DNA from: Candidatus Omnitrophota bacterium
Lineage (GTDB): Bacteria > Omnitrophota > Gorgyraeia > 2-01-FULL-45-10
DNA length: 64,000 nucleotides
Direction: 5' to 3'
Assembly (NCBI GenBank): GCA_041650935.1
Contig: JBAZKH010000001.1
Location: 283,337 to 347,336, forward strand
Part shown: positions 46,401-55,517 of the stretch, piece by piece
Layout: the number at the start of each line of letters is the position of its first letter
How positions within the stretch are numbered: position 1 is the first letter of the stretch
Notes under the pieces: generated by a model
Databases searched by the model: none
What the model was told of the DNA's origin: nothing
The model's input: only the letters and a program-made list of their open reading frames with translations
Program-made: the position numbers and the translations under genes

Positions 46401-46956
46401 AAAGAGAATTATTCCACAAATACAAAAGGTGCTGGGCAGGAATAGCGACGATCTAAACGCTGCCCTGGTATGCGAGCCGTTTATAAAGATATTCGAAAGC
46501 GAAGAAACGGTAAAGGATCCATTTGAATCATATGTGAGAAAGAGAAAAGCCGCGGCGGCTATACAGGGTTTGGGTAAGATAGCAATAGCGGGCCTGCGTT
46601 TCCGGTTGGAGGAGCAGGATCCGTACAGGCTCAAGAGTATTATTTCTATATCCGGCTACATGGGGGAAACGGCTATTGTGCCGTATCTGGCACCCCTGGC
46701 TAAACATTCCGATCATTCCGTCAAAGAAGAGCTTGTTATGGCCCTGCAGAGACTCGGCGGGCTCGAGAGCGTGAAAGTGCTTGTCTTGCTGCTCTCCGAT
46801 ATCAACGAACAGTTCCGCAGTTATGTTTTAGATACCCTGATAAGTATGTGCGGCAGGACGGCCGTGCCGGAGCTGAAGAAGTATCTTTCCGATGCGCAGG
46901 TGGGGCATAGCATAAAGAAGATAATAGATGCTATAGAGAAGGCGAATTCTATTTGA
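43474..46956 (+). CDS. multidomain signalling protein: N-terminal GGDEF diguanylate cyclase, central AAA/STAND-like P-loop NTPase, C-terminal HEAT-like repeats (1160 aa)
   Basis: Intact GGDEF (RYGGDEFSI), Walker A VVFGGRGSGKSRF, C-terminal HEAT-like repeats. Confidence 0.75.
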   Translation: MSEQPAPKKTDIAYIDELTGVYNRRFLTKFLAEGFGKFKRLAVCMMDIDSFKKINDAYGHLEGDALLVSFCGVLKETVADNGFIIRYGGDEFSIILPEKNEKETAVLAEKILNDIAARPLKGRDEAKSHVVTASMGIAIYPDDAGKPADLFDKADEALYSSKRMGKNRISTSRQVDEETIVLNKAMKALALPVFVGRKDELASLKAVFDASGKDTDRAAVVFGGRGSGKSRFLDEFILNTADRRTVIVRLNLKELDSIKPYGAVTDSIIDYLKNATKERQTEILKNVRTESIAELTNFAYEFGTFFSAKKGEPPEVSDMERRRNLFRGLSAIFKGMAGDGALVLGLDNMHWIDLASLGLIEYLLKDKKTRFFLCATALDGARPRTNIRLREFRLGPLAKDDVKNIISDTFENIQINPALLDIFYRKTAGNPLFVIEALKLLIDKKKAFFRNGEWILMARRETDIPASVEDIEKDRLEMFDKDERSIMTDAAFLGDRFNLDMLKKISQKKDGYILDAVNNARRLDMIRPEDFSGAAGFGFTNSEIRAIFCGLATALKAKEIQKKIAVTLEDYDKAGGRVSPAELVMRYRLAGEEARAQGYVEKMSALTSRVFSPEEMSAYIESLPVDTEMASVEEMLERPLNDESKSMVSDILVALRGAIETSLLYPANNEARLEHKKEAFRQLSRILRHERSFTLSQADNQLLVNGEELSDKRLRNTIGLAYVKMLSNHRISSITIKQGLSEQDLGFFLEAITQKEGDLVKAGGFSKLFAENNVLSIKIDEVRYEKAHKTAGFFKYATLQEFLSGTTQTTLPRPGSKDELKEIVEELYGMAERAAGGASGPDKKAAVVLDSLQRIGWPVAEMRSELEEVLEAKGLPKAEIAKLLGDALRSGLARISNVGDFVKNTIGIEVGKDVPLDFRSVTRDLLERDKENTVFRLTEALLDEAAWADKDKVQLVLKHVAEIIDIILLEEKYNLLKRIIPQIQKVLGRNSDDLNAALVCEPFIKIFESEETVKDPFESYVRKRKAAAAIQGLGKIAIAGLRFRLEEQDPYRLKSIISISGYMGETAIVPYLAPLAKHSDHSVKEELVMALQRLGGLESVKVLVLLLSDINEQFRSYVLDTLISMCGRTAVPELKKYLSDAQVGHSIKKIIDAIEKANSI

Positions 46957-46981
46957 CATTGGGAATGTTTTTTGTTAATAT
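46953..46981 (+). promoter_or_regulatory. sigma70-like promoter TTGACA-N17-TAATAT for mreB
   Basis: -35 46953-46958 overlapping the stop of the upstream gene, -10 46976-46981, AAGGAGAG Shine-Dalgarno, ATG 47001. Confidence 0.5.
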
Positions 46982-47000
46982 CGCATGATAAGGAGAGTTT

Positions 47001-48074
47001 ATGAATCCAAAGGGCTTGTGGAATACGGGAGCGAAAATATATAACGAGATTTTGGGGCTATTCTCGAATGATATGGGAATAGACCTCGGCACGGCGACTA
47101 CGCTCGTCTACCTGAAGAATCAGGGGATAGTCCTGTGCGAGCCTTCCGTAGTTGCCGTACAGGCCGGCACTTCCAACGTGCTGGCGGTTGGTGAAGAGGC
47201 GAAGCGTATGCTTGGCCGTACGCCGGGCAACATTGTGGCAATAAGACCTATGCGGCATGGCGTCATAACGGATTTCGAGATCTCCGAGGCGATGCTCCGT
47301 TATTTTATCAAAAAGGTCAATTCCGCAAAACCACTCGTCCGCCCCAGGATCGTGATAGCGATACCGTCGGGCATAACCGAAGTCGAAAAGCGCGCGGTAA
47401 AAGATTCTGCCCTCCACGCCGGCGCGCGCGAAGTGTTCATGATAGAAGAGCCTATGGCGGCCGCGATAGGTGTGGGGCTGCCGATACAGGAACCATCGGG
47501 GAATATGATAATCGATATAGGCGGCGGTACGACGGAGATGGCGGTTATTTCTTTGGCCGGGGTAGTATTCTCCAAGTCGGTGAGGGTAGGCGGAGATGAA
47601 CTTGACGAAGCTATAATAAATTACCTGAAGAAAAATTATAACCTGATGATAGGCGAGCGGACGGCGGAAGAGATCAAGATAAAGATAGGATCGGTCTATC
47701 CTCTCGAAGAAGAGCTGAAGATGGAAGTGAAGGGCCGGGATCTTGTGGCAGGACTGCCGAAGATGGTCACCGTTACGAGCGAAGAGATAAGAGAGGCGAT
47801 GTCGGAGCCGATTGCCCAGATACTCGAAGCGGTAAGGATTACGCTCGAGCGGACCCCTCCGGAACTTTCCTCCGACCTTATAGAGAAGGGTATCGTCCTC
47901 GCGGGCGGCGGATCGCTCCTGCGGGGCATAGATAAGCTTATCTCCGAAGAGACGGGTTTGCCCGCGCATCTTTCGGAAGATCCGATGACGGCCGTGGCGC
48001 TTGGCACCGGAAAAGTGTTGAGCGAAATAAAGTATCTTAGGAAGGTTACCGTATCTCCTCGTCTTGAGAGATAG
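47001..48074 (+). CDS. mreB: rod shape-determining protein MreB
   Basis: Actin-fold motifs ([17 protein letters not shown]). Confidence 0.95.
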   Translation: MNPKGLWNTGAKIYNEILGLFSNDMGIDLGTATTLVYLKNQGIVLCEPSVVAVQAGTSNVLAVGEEAKRMLGRTPGNIVAIRPMRHGVITDFEISEAMLRYFIKKVNSAKPLVRPRIVIAIPSGITEVEKRAVKDSALHAGAREVFMIEEPMAAAIGVGLPIQEPSGNMIIDIGGGTTEMAVISLAGVVFSKSVRVGGDELDEAIINYLKKNYNLMIGERTAEEIKIKIGSVYPLEEELKMEVKGRDLVAGLPKMVTVTSEEIREAMSEPIAQILEAVRITLERTPPELSSDLIEKGIVLAGGGSLLRGIDKLISEETGLPAHLSEDPMTAVALGTGKVLSEIKYLRKVTVSPRLER

Positions 48075-48858
48075 TGGTGTGCGTACTCAAAAGAGTAAAA
48101 TATTCAAGGCCCTCATTGTAATAGTCTGTTTAACCGCGCTAATTCTCAGTTCTAAAACGATTACCAGCCCTTTACGCATAAGAATAATCGATTTTCTGTC
48201 ACCTTCCCTAAAAACAGTCAATTCATTTTTCACCTCCGCCAGGCGTGTGCTGCCGTTTGGATCCCTGCGCGAAGAGAACAGGCTCCTGCGTGAGCGTATC
48301 AGTCTTTTAAGCAGGAAGATCGAAGAGCTCAGGATAGTCTCGAGCGATAACGACCGCCTCAAAGAGCTTCTCAATTTCAGGAAGACAGTGCCATTTATTA
48401 CGATCCCCGCGCAGGTTATCGGCAGGGATCCTTCAAACTGGTCAAACTCTATCATTCTGGATAAGGGCATAAACAGCGGTGTCAGGCAGAATAAGGCCGT
48501 TCTTTCCACCAGAGGCCTGGTCGGACGGGTGCTCGAGGTCGGCAGGTATTCGAGCAAGGTACTGCTTGTAACGGATCCTAATTCTAAAGTCGGCGTTATG
48601 ATCCAGCGCAACCGCCAGGGCGGGATACTGGTCGGCAGGCCCGACGGACGGTGCAGGATGATCTACATAGCTCTCGATTCGGACGTTATGCCGGGAGACA
48701 AGGTCATAACAGCCGGTTTCGGGACAATATTCCCCAAAGATATTCTCGTCGGAGAAGTTCTGAAGGTCGAGCGCGCGCCGGGCCGGCTATACAAGAGCGC
48801 GATCATTAAGACGGCGGACGATCTTTCCAAACTGGAAGAGGTAATGTGTATAAAATAA
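48064..48858 (+). CDS. mreC: rod shape-determining protein MreC
   Basis: N-terminal TM, coiled coil, MreC beta domain; position after mreB. Confidence 0.8.
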   Translation: MRDSGVRTQKSKIFKALIVIVCLTALILSSKTITSPLRIRIIDFLSPSLKTVNSFFTSARRVLPFGSLREENRLLRERISLLSRKIEELRIVSSDNDRLKELLNFRKTVPFITIPAQVIGRDPSNWSNSIILDKGINSGVRQNKAVLSTRGLVGRVLEVGRYSSKVLLVTDPNSKVGVMIQRNRQGGILVGRPDGRCRMIYIALDSDVMPGDKVITAGFGTIFPKDILVGEVLKVERAPGRLYKSAIIKTADDLSKLEEVMCIK

Positions 48859-49358
48859 GCCGGTTCCAGATATATCTGATCATTGTAGCGGCGCTCTTTC
48901 TACAGGGGAGCGTTTTTAATTATATGGAGATAATGGGCGCGCGGCCGGATCTCTTGCTCATGGTCGTCGTTTTTTTCGGTTTGTTTCTGGGTCCGGCCGC
49001 CGGGCTCGAAACGGGTTTTGCCGCAGGACTTTTAAAAGATATCTTTGCTCTCGACTTTTTATGGATAAACGCCTGCATCCTCAGCCTGTCGGGATTTGCG
49101 GCAGGCATTATAAATACGCAATTTTTCAAAGAATCGAAAAGGGCGGATTTCATATTTGTATTCGGTTTTACGATATTTTCTATGCTGCTCCACTATCTCA
49201 TCGTCTCGGTAATTTCGACCTCGCTGGCGCTTGATTTCCGGGATTTCTTTCTCGGCTCGGTGATTCCCACCGCAATATATACGGGACTGGTCTCCATACC
49301 CATCTATGTGAAGCTGCTGGATATATATAATTTAAAAGAGACGGAAGATTACCTGTGA
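48846..49358 (+). CDS. mreD: rod shape-determining protein MreD
   Basis: Small polytopic membrane protein in the canonical position. Confidence 0.65.
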   Translation: MYKISRFQIYLIIVAALFLQGSVFNYMEIMGARPDLLLMVVVFFGLFLGPAAGLETGFAAGLLKDIFALDFLWINACILSLSGFAAGIINTQFFKESKRADFIFVFGFTIFSMLLHYLIVSVISTSLALDFRDFFLGSVIPTAIYTGLVSIPIYVKLLDIYNLKETEDYL

Positions 49359-51076
49359 GAGAGCGATTGCTTATTACTATCATAAGTGCGCTCTTTGTCA
49401 TGCTCGGCCTGGGGCTATTCTATAATCAGGTGATCCGCTTCGGATATTATTCGCACCTTTCGAAGAATAATTCCATACGGATAATACCGATAGACGGCCC
49501 CCGGGGGAACATGCTGGACAGGAACGGCGCGGTTGTCGTTTCCAACCGCCTATCTTTCGACGTAGCCGTCGTCTATCAGGAGTTGAGGGACAAACAGAAA
49601 TTCATACGGGTCTTGAGTAACATTCTTAATATCCCTGCCAGAGATATCGTAAGAGTTATGGATAAAGCCAGGAGCAAACCGTATGCGCCGGTTACGATAC
49701 TGGAAGATATCGATAAGAACAAGGCCATAATGCTCGAAGAAGCGAGTTTCGATATAGACGGCCTTACGATCGAGACCCGTTCCAGGCGTGATTACCTTTT
49801 TAACAATACCGGCAGCCATCTCTTCGGATATTTGAGCGAGATCGGCGAGAGTGAACTTGACGAACTGAGAGATTATGGATACAGGATGAGAGATCTCGTG
49901 GGAAGGTCCGGGCTGGAGAGGCAGTATGAATTTTATTTAAAGGGTATTGACGGAGGCACGCAGATAGAAGTCGACAGCCGGGGCAGGCAGACGAAGGTGC
50001 TGGGAGTAAAAGAACCGTCGAGCGGTAAAGATATTTATCTCGCTATCGACATAACGCTTCAGGCGGCTTGCGATAAATTGCTTGGTGACAGGAAAGGCGC
50101 CGTGTGCGTTATGAACCCGGTTACCGGTGAAGTGCTCGCCCTCGCGAGCCATCCGGCGTTCGATCCGAACGTTTTTGTCAGGCCGAAAGCCTCCGAACAG
50201 AGGATAGGGGTTATTAAGGACAGGGTTGGAAGGCCATTGTCGAACAGGGCGATATCCGCCTCTTATCCGCCGGGTTCGGTCTTTAAAGTAGTGACAGCCT
50301 CGGCGGGGCTTGAGACGAAGCGGATAAGCCCTGCTGCGCGCTTTGTCTGTAATGGCAGTTATCACCTGGGGAAGGCGGAGTTTGACTGCTGGAAGTCCGA
50401 AGGGCATGGTTCGCAGAATGTGACGGAAGGCCTGATGAATTCATGCAACGTATTCTTTTATAATACGGGCAGGGCGGCAGGCGCGGATGCTATAGAGACT
50501 TACTCCAAAGCATTCGGCTTCGGCCAGCAGACAGGCATAGATCTTCCGGACGAAGCTAAAGGCGTAGTGCCCGGACGGGCATGGAAGCGGGCTTATAAAC
50601 ATACCGGCTGGTTCGAAGGTGATACCGTAAATTACTCGATCGGCCAGGGGTATCTGTTAACTACGCCCATACAGGTTGCGCGTATGATGGGAGTTATCGC
50701 TAACGGCGGCTTGCTCGTCAGGCCCTACATTGTACGCCGGGTAGGCGATTTTATGATCCAGCCGGAGCGCCCGAAATATATAGGGCTGAATCCCGCTACT
50801 ATAAATATAATACGCCGGGGGTTGTATGATGTTGTGAATGATGCAAACGGCACAGGTAAGCGTGCGAAACTTGAAGATGTTGTCGTAGCCGGAAAGACCG
50901 GGACGGCCCAGAATCCACAGGGACGTACGCATGCCTGGTTCGCGGGGTTTGCTCCTTATGATAAGCCTAAGATGTGTGTTGCGGTATTCCTGGAGCATGG
51001 CGGCAAGGGAGGGTTGGAGCCTGCCGAGATCGCGCGCGGCATATTCGAAGAGGCAAAACGGAAAGGTTATCTGTAG
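49355..51076 (+). CDS. mrdA: penicillin-binding protein 2 (elongasome transpeptidase)
   Basis: SVFK (SxxK), SCN (SxN), KTGTAQ (KTG) motifs. Confidence 0.9.
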   Translation: MRERLLITIISALFVMLGLGLFYNQVIRFGYYSHLSKNNSIRIIPIDGPRGNMLDRNGAVVVSNRLSFDVAVVYQELRDKQKFIRVLSNILNIPARDIVRVMDKARSKPYAPVTILEDIDKNKAIMLEEASFDIDGLTIETRSRRDYLFNNTGSHLFGYLSEIGESELDELRDYGYRMRDLVGRSGLERQYEFYLKGIDGGTQIEVDSRGRQTKVLGVKEPSSGKDIYLAIDITLQAACDKLLGDRKGAVCVMNPVTGEVLALASHPAFDPNVFVRPKASEQRIGVIKDRVGRPLSNRAISASYPPGSVFKVVTASAGLETKRISPAARFVCNGSYHLGKAEFDCWKSEGHGSQNVTEGLMNSCNVFFYNTGRAAGADAIETYSKAFGFGQQTGIDLPDEAKGVVPGRAWKRAYKHTGWFEGDTVNYSIGQGYLLTTPIQVARMMGVIANGGLLVRPYIVRRVGDFMIQPERPKYIGLNPATINIIRRGLYDVVNDANGTGKRAKLEDVVVAGKTGTAQNPQGRTHAWFAGFAPYDKPKMCVAVFLEHGGKGGLEPAEIARGIFEEAKRKGYL

Positions 51077-51094
51077 CAATAAAAAACGGCCATA

Positions 51095-52183
51095 ATGAAG
51101 AGACGTAAAGATTTCCATATATTACTAGTCGTCATCATGTTTATTATATTCGCTATAGGTCTGGCGACTATCTACAGTGCCACAAAATCGAGAAATATGC
51201 CCCCCGGCGAGAGTTTCTTTTTCAGGCAATTATGCTGGATGGGTATAAGCCTGCTGGTATTTATTCTTGCCATGACGATATCCTACCAGCGCTTCATAGA
51301 TATTTCCTATGCAATTTATGTGGTGAACATTCTTCTACTGGCTCTGGTCCTTGTCCTTGGTCACGTCAGGCTGGGGGCGCAGAGGTGGTTCTCGATAGCC
51401 GGGTTTGCGTTCCAACCGTCCGAATTTATTAAAATCAGCCTTATACTCGCACTCTCTAACTACGTCTCCGGTAAAAAGAACGCCATGTCGGAACCTAAAA
51501 ACTTTGTCGTTCCGTCGATTCTTTTAGGCATACCGTTTGTGCTTGTACTGTTACAGCCGGACCTTGGAACGGCGCTTCTTCTCGTGCCGATATTTTTTAC
51601 TGTTATGGTGGTATCAGGCGCGAAACTCAGGTATATTGGCGTCATGATACTTATAGGGCTCGCCGGGCTGCCTTTTTTCTGGCACTTCTTGCGCGATTAC
51701 CAGAAACAGAGGCTGCTGGTCTTCATAAATCCGAACATCGATCCGCTTGGAAGCGGTTATACTATAATACAGTCAAAGATTGCGATAGGTTCGGGCGGTA
51801 TTATAGGTAAGGGATGGCTTAACGGTACCCAGAACCAGCTGAACTTCCTTCCGGAGAGGCATACCGATTTCATATTTTCGGTTATAGGAGAAGAGTGGGG
51901 GTTCCTTGGAGCGGCCGTGCTGCTTCTGATGTTTTTCTTCATCGTCAAGCGCGCGTTCAATATAGCGGATCTTACCAGCGATCTTTACGGTAAGACGATC
52001 GCCGCCGGTATAGGCGTCATGATCGGGCTCCAGGTGGTGGTAAATATCGCTATGACGATAGGATTGATGCCTGTTGTCGGTATTCCGCTCCCGCTCGTCA
52101 GCTACGGCGGCTCGAGCCTGATCGCGACCGTCTTTGCGATCGGGCTTTTGATCAACGTCGGCATGCGGCGGTCAACATTTTGA
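51095..52183 (+). CDS. rodA: peptidoglycan glycosyltransferase RodA (SEDS family)
   Basis: FtsW/RodA/SpoVE family similarity; follows mrdA. Confidence 0.9.
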   Translation: MKRRKDFHILLVVIMFIIFAIGLATIYSATKSRNMPPGESFFFRQLCWMGISLLVFILAMTISYQRFIDISYAIYVVNILLLALVLVLGHVRLGAQRWFSIAGFAFQPSEFIKISLILALSNYVSGKKNAMSEPKNFVVPSILLGIPFVLVLLQPDLGTALLLVPIFFTVMVVSGAKLRYIGVMILIGLAGLPFFWHFLRDYQKQRLLVFINPNIDPLGSGYTIIQSKIAIGSGGIIGKGWLNGTQNQLNFLPERHTDFIFSVIGEEWGFLGAAVLLLMFFFIVKRAFNIADLTSDLYGKTIAAGIGVMIGLQVVVNIAMTIGLMPVVGIPLPLVSYGGSSLIATVFAIGLLINVGMRRSTF

Positions 52184-52203
52184 GCGGGGAGAAAAAGCAT
52201 AGT

Positions 52204-52221
52204 TTCCACCCCGGGGTGGAA
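52204..52221. repeat. 18-bp perfect palindrome TTCCACCCCGGGGTGGAA, copy 3 of 3
   Basis: Exact match to the other two copies; overlaps the annotated start codon region of the radical SAM gene. Confidence 0.9.
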
Positions 52222-53957
52222 TGCGAGGGATGGTGGATAAAACGAAATTCGAAGAATTATTGCTGACTGTACAAAAGCCGGGACGGTATATCGGCGGGGA
52301 ATGGAACGCGGTGAAGAAGGAATGGACGCCGGATAAGGTAAAGTTCCTGCTTGCTTTTCCCGACGTATACGAAGTCGGCATGAGTAATCTTGGCATGAAG
52401 ATACTCTACGGCATACTGAACGAACGCGGCGACTGTATTGCCGAAAGGGTCTTTTCTCCGTGGCCTGACTTCGAGGCCGTCCTCAGGGCGAATGCGCTCG
52501 CGCTCTTTAGTCTTGAGTCGCGAAAGCCGCTAAGAGAGTTCGATATTATCGGATTTAATTTATCTTACGAGCTTAGCTATACTAACGTATTGAATATTCT
52601 CGACCTTGGCGGGATCGCTAAGACGGCCTCCGCCAGAGTCGACGCCGATCCTCTTATAATTGCGGGCGGTCCGGCCTGTTTTAACCCGGAACCTATGGCA
52701 GATTTTATAGATGCGTTTGTGATAGGAGACGGTGAGGAGGTTGTGGGCGAGATAGTGGATCTCTTTAAGGATGCAAGATTGAAAGGCCGTAAGGCCACAA
52801 AGAAAGAATTACTGCATACGCTTGCGAAGATAGAGGGCCTTTATGTCCCTTCGTTATATAAGATCGGTTACAATGAGGACGGTACTATAAAAGAATTTGT
52901 TCCGGCCGCGGCAGGCGTGGGGCCTAAAGTAGGGAAGAGGATAGTCGCAGATCTTGAAAATGCATTTTATCCCGTCAGACAGATCGTCCCTAATATCCAG
53001 ATCGTTCACGACAGGATTGCGATAGAGATAATGCGCGGCTGCAAACATGCCTGCTCGTTTTGCCAGGCACAGGCGATCTATGCCCCGTGCAGGGAAAGGT
53101 CCAGGAAGCGCATAGTGGAAATTGCCGGGGAGGCTTACGCGCATACGGGCTACGACGAGATATCGCTCCTTTCGCTTTCCAGCGTCGATCATCCGGACCT
53201 AAAAGCGATCATGGAGGATTTAAACTGTACATTTAACCGGCGGTCTGTCTCTATCTCTGTTCCGTCTTTGAGGATAGAAGACGCTCTTTCGGATATACCG
53301 GTCCTGGTTTCAAAAGTCAAGAAAGCGGGTCTTACGTTTGCGCCGGAAGCGGGAAGCGCGCGTATGAGAAAAGCCGTAAATAAGAATATAAACATAGACA
53401 GGCTCTTTACTGTTCTATCCGAATCGTTCAGGGCGGGATGGAGGCATGTTAAGCTCTATTTTATGATCGGTCTGCCGCAGGAAGCGGAGGAGGATTTGCT
53501 CGAGATGGCAGAGCTCATATATAAAGTATCCGGCGCCAGGAGGGAGATCGACGGGAAATGCGCTAATGTGACCGTCAGTATAAATCCTTTTATACCTAAG
53601 CCGCATACGCCGCTCGAGCGGGCACCGATGGATGACCTGGAAATGTTAGAAAAGAAAAAGGCAGTTTTGAAAGGAGCCGTAAAGTCAAAATTCATCGAGC
53701 TTGACTTTCATTCCTTTGTCATGAGTAATCTCGAGGCTGTGTTCGCACGAGGAGATAGACGCCTTGGCGGCGTTATCCTTAAGGCCTGGGAAGGAGGGGC
53801 CAGGTTCGATGGCTGGAAAGAGCGGTTCGATGCACCGCTATGGTCCGGCGCATTTTTGGCCGCGGGTCTTGATGCCGGATTTTATGCAAACCGAAAAAGG
53901 ACGGATACAGAGCTCCTGCCGTGGAGTTTTATCCGTCTCCGCCCGGCCCGGGATTGA
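52221..53957 (+). CDS. radical SAM protein with B12-binding-like N-domain (TIGR03960-like)
   Basis: CKHACSFC (Cx3Cx2C) cluster; start could be ATG 52221 or 52230. Confidence 0.8.
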   Translation: MRGMVDKTKFEELLLTVQKPGRYIGGEWNAVKKEWTPDKVKFLLAFPDVYEVGMSNLGMKILYGILNERGDCIAERVFSPWPDFEAVLRANALALFSLESRKPLREFDIIGFNLSYELSYTNVLNILDLGGIAKTASARVDADPLIIAGGPACFNPEPMADFIDAFVIGDGEEVVGEIVDLFKDARLKGRKATKKELLHTLAKIEGLYVPSLYKIGYNEDGTIKEFVPAAAGVGPKVGKRIVADLENAFYPVRQIVPNIQIVHDRIAIEIMRGCKHACSFCQAQAIYAPCRERSRKRIVEIAGEAYAHTGYDEISLLSLSSVDHPDLKAIMEDLNCTFNRRSVSISVPSLRIEDALSDIPVLVSKVKKAGLTFAPEAGSARMRKAVNKNINIDRLFTVLSESFRAGWRHVKLYFMIGLPQEAEEDLLEMAELIYKVSGARREIDGKCANVTVSINPFIPKPHTPLERAPMDDLEMLEKKKAVLKGAVKSKFIELDFHSFVMSNLEAVFARGDRRLGGVILKAWEGGARFDGWKERFDAPLWSGAFLAAGLDAGFYANRKRTDTELLPWSFIRLRPARD

Positions 53958-53982
53958 CAAATGTTAATCTATATAGTATAAT
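53954..53982 (+). promoter_or_regulatory. consensus sigma70 promoter TTGACA-N17-TATAAT
   Basis: -35 53954-53959 (overlaps the radical SAM stop), -10 53977-53982; drives the HAMP-GAF-GGDEF gene. Confidence 0.55.
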
Positions 53983-54005
53983 TACATATTATTTATGTAG
54001 TCCTT

Positions 54006-54031
54006 CGCCGCGGCGCTCAAATCGCCGCGGC
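54006..54031 (+). other. 5'-UTR hairpin formed by two copies of the self-complementary 10-mer CGCCGCGGCG
   Basis: CGCCGCGGCG (54006-54015), loop CTCAAAT, CGCCGCGGC (54023-54031). Confidence 0.55.
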
Positions 54032-54077
54032 TCGGGACGATTTGCCAGGGTAAAATCATAGCAAATCGGAGGAACTG

Positions 54078-55493
54078 ATGAGTATCTTTAAGAGAGTATC
54101 GTTAATGAGTAAGGGGTTAAGGTATAAACTGCTCCTTGCGTTCAGCCTCATGTCTATTATCCCGTTATTAGCCTGCATGTATATAATCTCGCTCTATGTC
54201 TTTCCGCAAATCGAGTCGCTTGTCAGCGTAAGCGCTATCGTCACTGTTTCTATAGCAATCGCTCTCCTGGGGCTTTTCCTGGCGAGGAGTCTCGTAGACC
54301 CGGTTATCGATATGGCCATCGAAGCCAAGATGATCGCAAATGGCCAATACGATAAGAATTTAACCGTCGCTACCGATGACGAAGTGGGGAACCTTGCCGT
54401 CTCTATCAATACAATGACTCAAAAGATAAAGACCAACCTCGACGAGCTTAAGACATACAGCCAGAAGATGAAGGAGATAAATACAGATGTGCACAAAAAG
54501 GTGCTGGCGCTGTCGAGTCTTCTGCAGATCGGCGATGTTATCTCCACCGGCTCTGTCCAGCTTGAGCCGCTTCTCGAGATGACGATAGAGAAGGCCGCGG
54601 CTATATGCGATTCCGGTTTCGGCATCGTTTACCTGGCGAAAGATGAGGAATCCGATTTTCTGCCCAGGGTAGAATACGGGGAGGAGATGGGACAATTAAG
54701 AGAGATCAGCGTCAAGAGAAAAGGGCAGGGGCTCCTGGATAAAGTGGTAGAGAGCCGTTCTATATTTATCATGGACAGCGCTACCAGGATGTCCAAAGAC
54801 GCGGATGCCTTTAGGGCCGTCTATAATGTGAAAAACATTTTGGCTATACCCCTGTATTCCGGCAGGAAAGCTTTCGGCGTCCTCATTATCGGGAATAATG
54901 CGGACGATTACAAATATAAAAGCGACGATGTGGAATTACTTAAAGTCTTTGCGAAACAGATTACCATTGCCATCGAAAGCGATCTATTGAATCGAAAGGC
55001 GGAGGAACTGGCGATCAAGGATGAGCTTACGGATCTCTATAATAAAAAGTTCATATTGAACAGGCTCGCCGAGGAGATAAGGCGCGCTATATTTTACCAG
55101 AGACCCTGTTCCTTCGTTGCTTTCGGTATAGACGGTTTTGATACATTCCGTACTACGCACGGGGAACTGATCGCGGAAGAGGTGCTGAAGAGGGTGGCTA
55201 AGGTCATAAAAGATAACATGATCCCGGTCGGCAAGGCCGCGAGGATAGCCGGCGACGAGTTTGCCGTACTGCTGCCGGAGAAGAACAAGAAGGAATCGTT
55301 TGCCATTGCCGAGGAGATCAGGCGGAAGGTGGAGGCGGCCAGCTTCCTGAAGTCGGGTAACGGTAATCTGACTGTGAGCGCCGGAGTCAGCGAGAATCCG
55401 CTTGACGGCGCGACAAGCGAGGAGCTTTTTAAGAGGGCCACGGACCTTCTTAACGAGGCGCGCAGCGCCGGTAAAAATAAAGTAATAATGTAG
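54078..55493 (+). CDS. membrane-anchored HAMP-GAF-GGDEF protein with degenerate AGDEF motif
   Basis: N-terminal TM helices, HAMP (DEVGNLAVSINTMTQKI), GAF, C-terminal GGDEF fold with RIAGDEFAV. Confidence 0.8.
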   Translation: MSIFKRVSLMSKGLRYKLLLAFSLMSIIPLLACMYIISLYVFPQIESLVSVSAIVTVSIAIALLGLFLARSLVDPVIDMAIEAKMIANGQYDKNLTVATDDEVGNLAVSINTMTQKIKTNLDELKTYSQKMKEINTDVHKKVLALSSLLQIGDVISTGSVQLEPLLEMTIEKAAAICDSGFGIVYLAKDEESDFLPRVEYGEEMGQLREISVKRKGQGLLDKVVESRSIFIMDSATRMSKDADAFRAVYNVKNILAIPLYSGRKAFGVLIIGNNADDYKYKSDDVELLKVFAKQITIAIESDLLNRKAEELAIKDELTDLYNKKFILNRLAEEIRRAIFYQRPCSFVAFGIDGFDTFRTTHGELIAEEVLKRVAKVIKDNMIPVGKAARIAGDEFAVLLPEKNKKESFAIAEEIRRKVEAASFLKSGNGNLTVSAGVSENPLDGATSEELFKRATDLLNEARSAGKNKVIM

Positions 55494-55517
55494 CGGCGTC
55501 AAAAGAAAGGGAAATCG

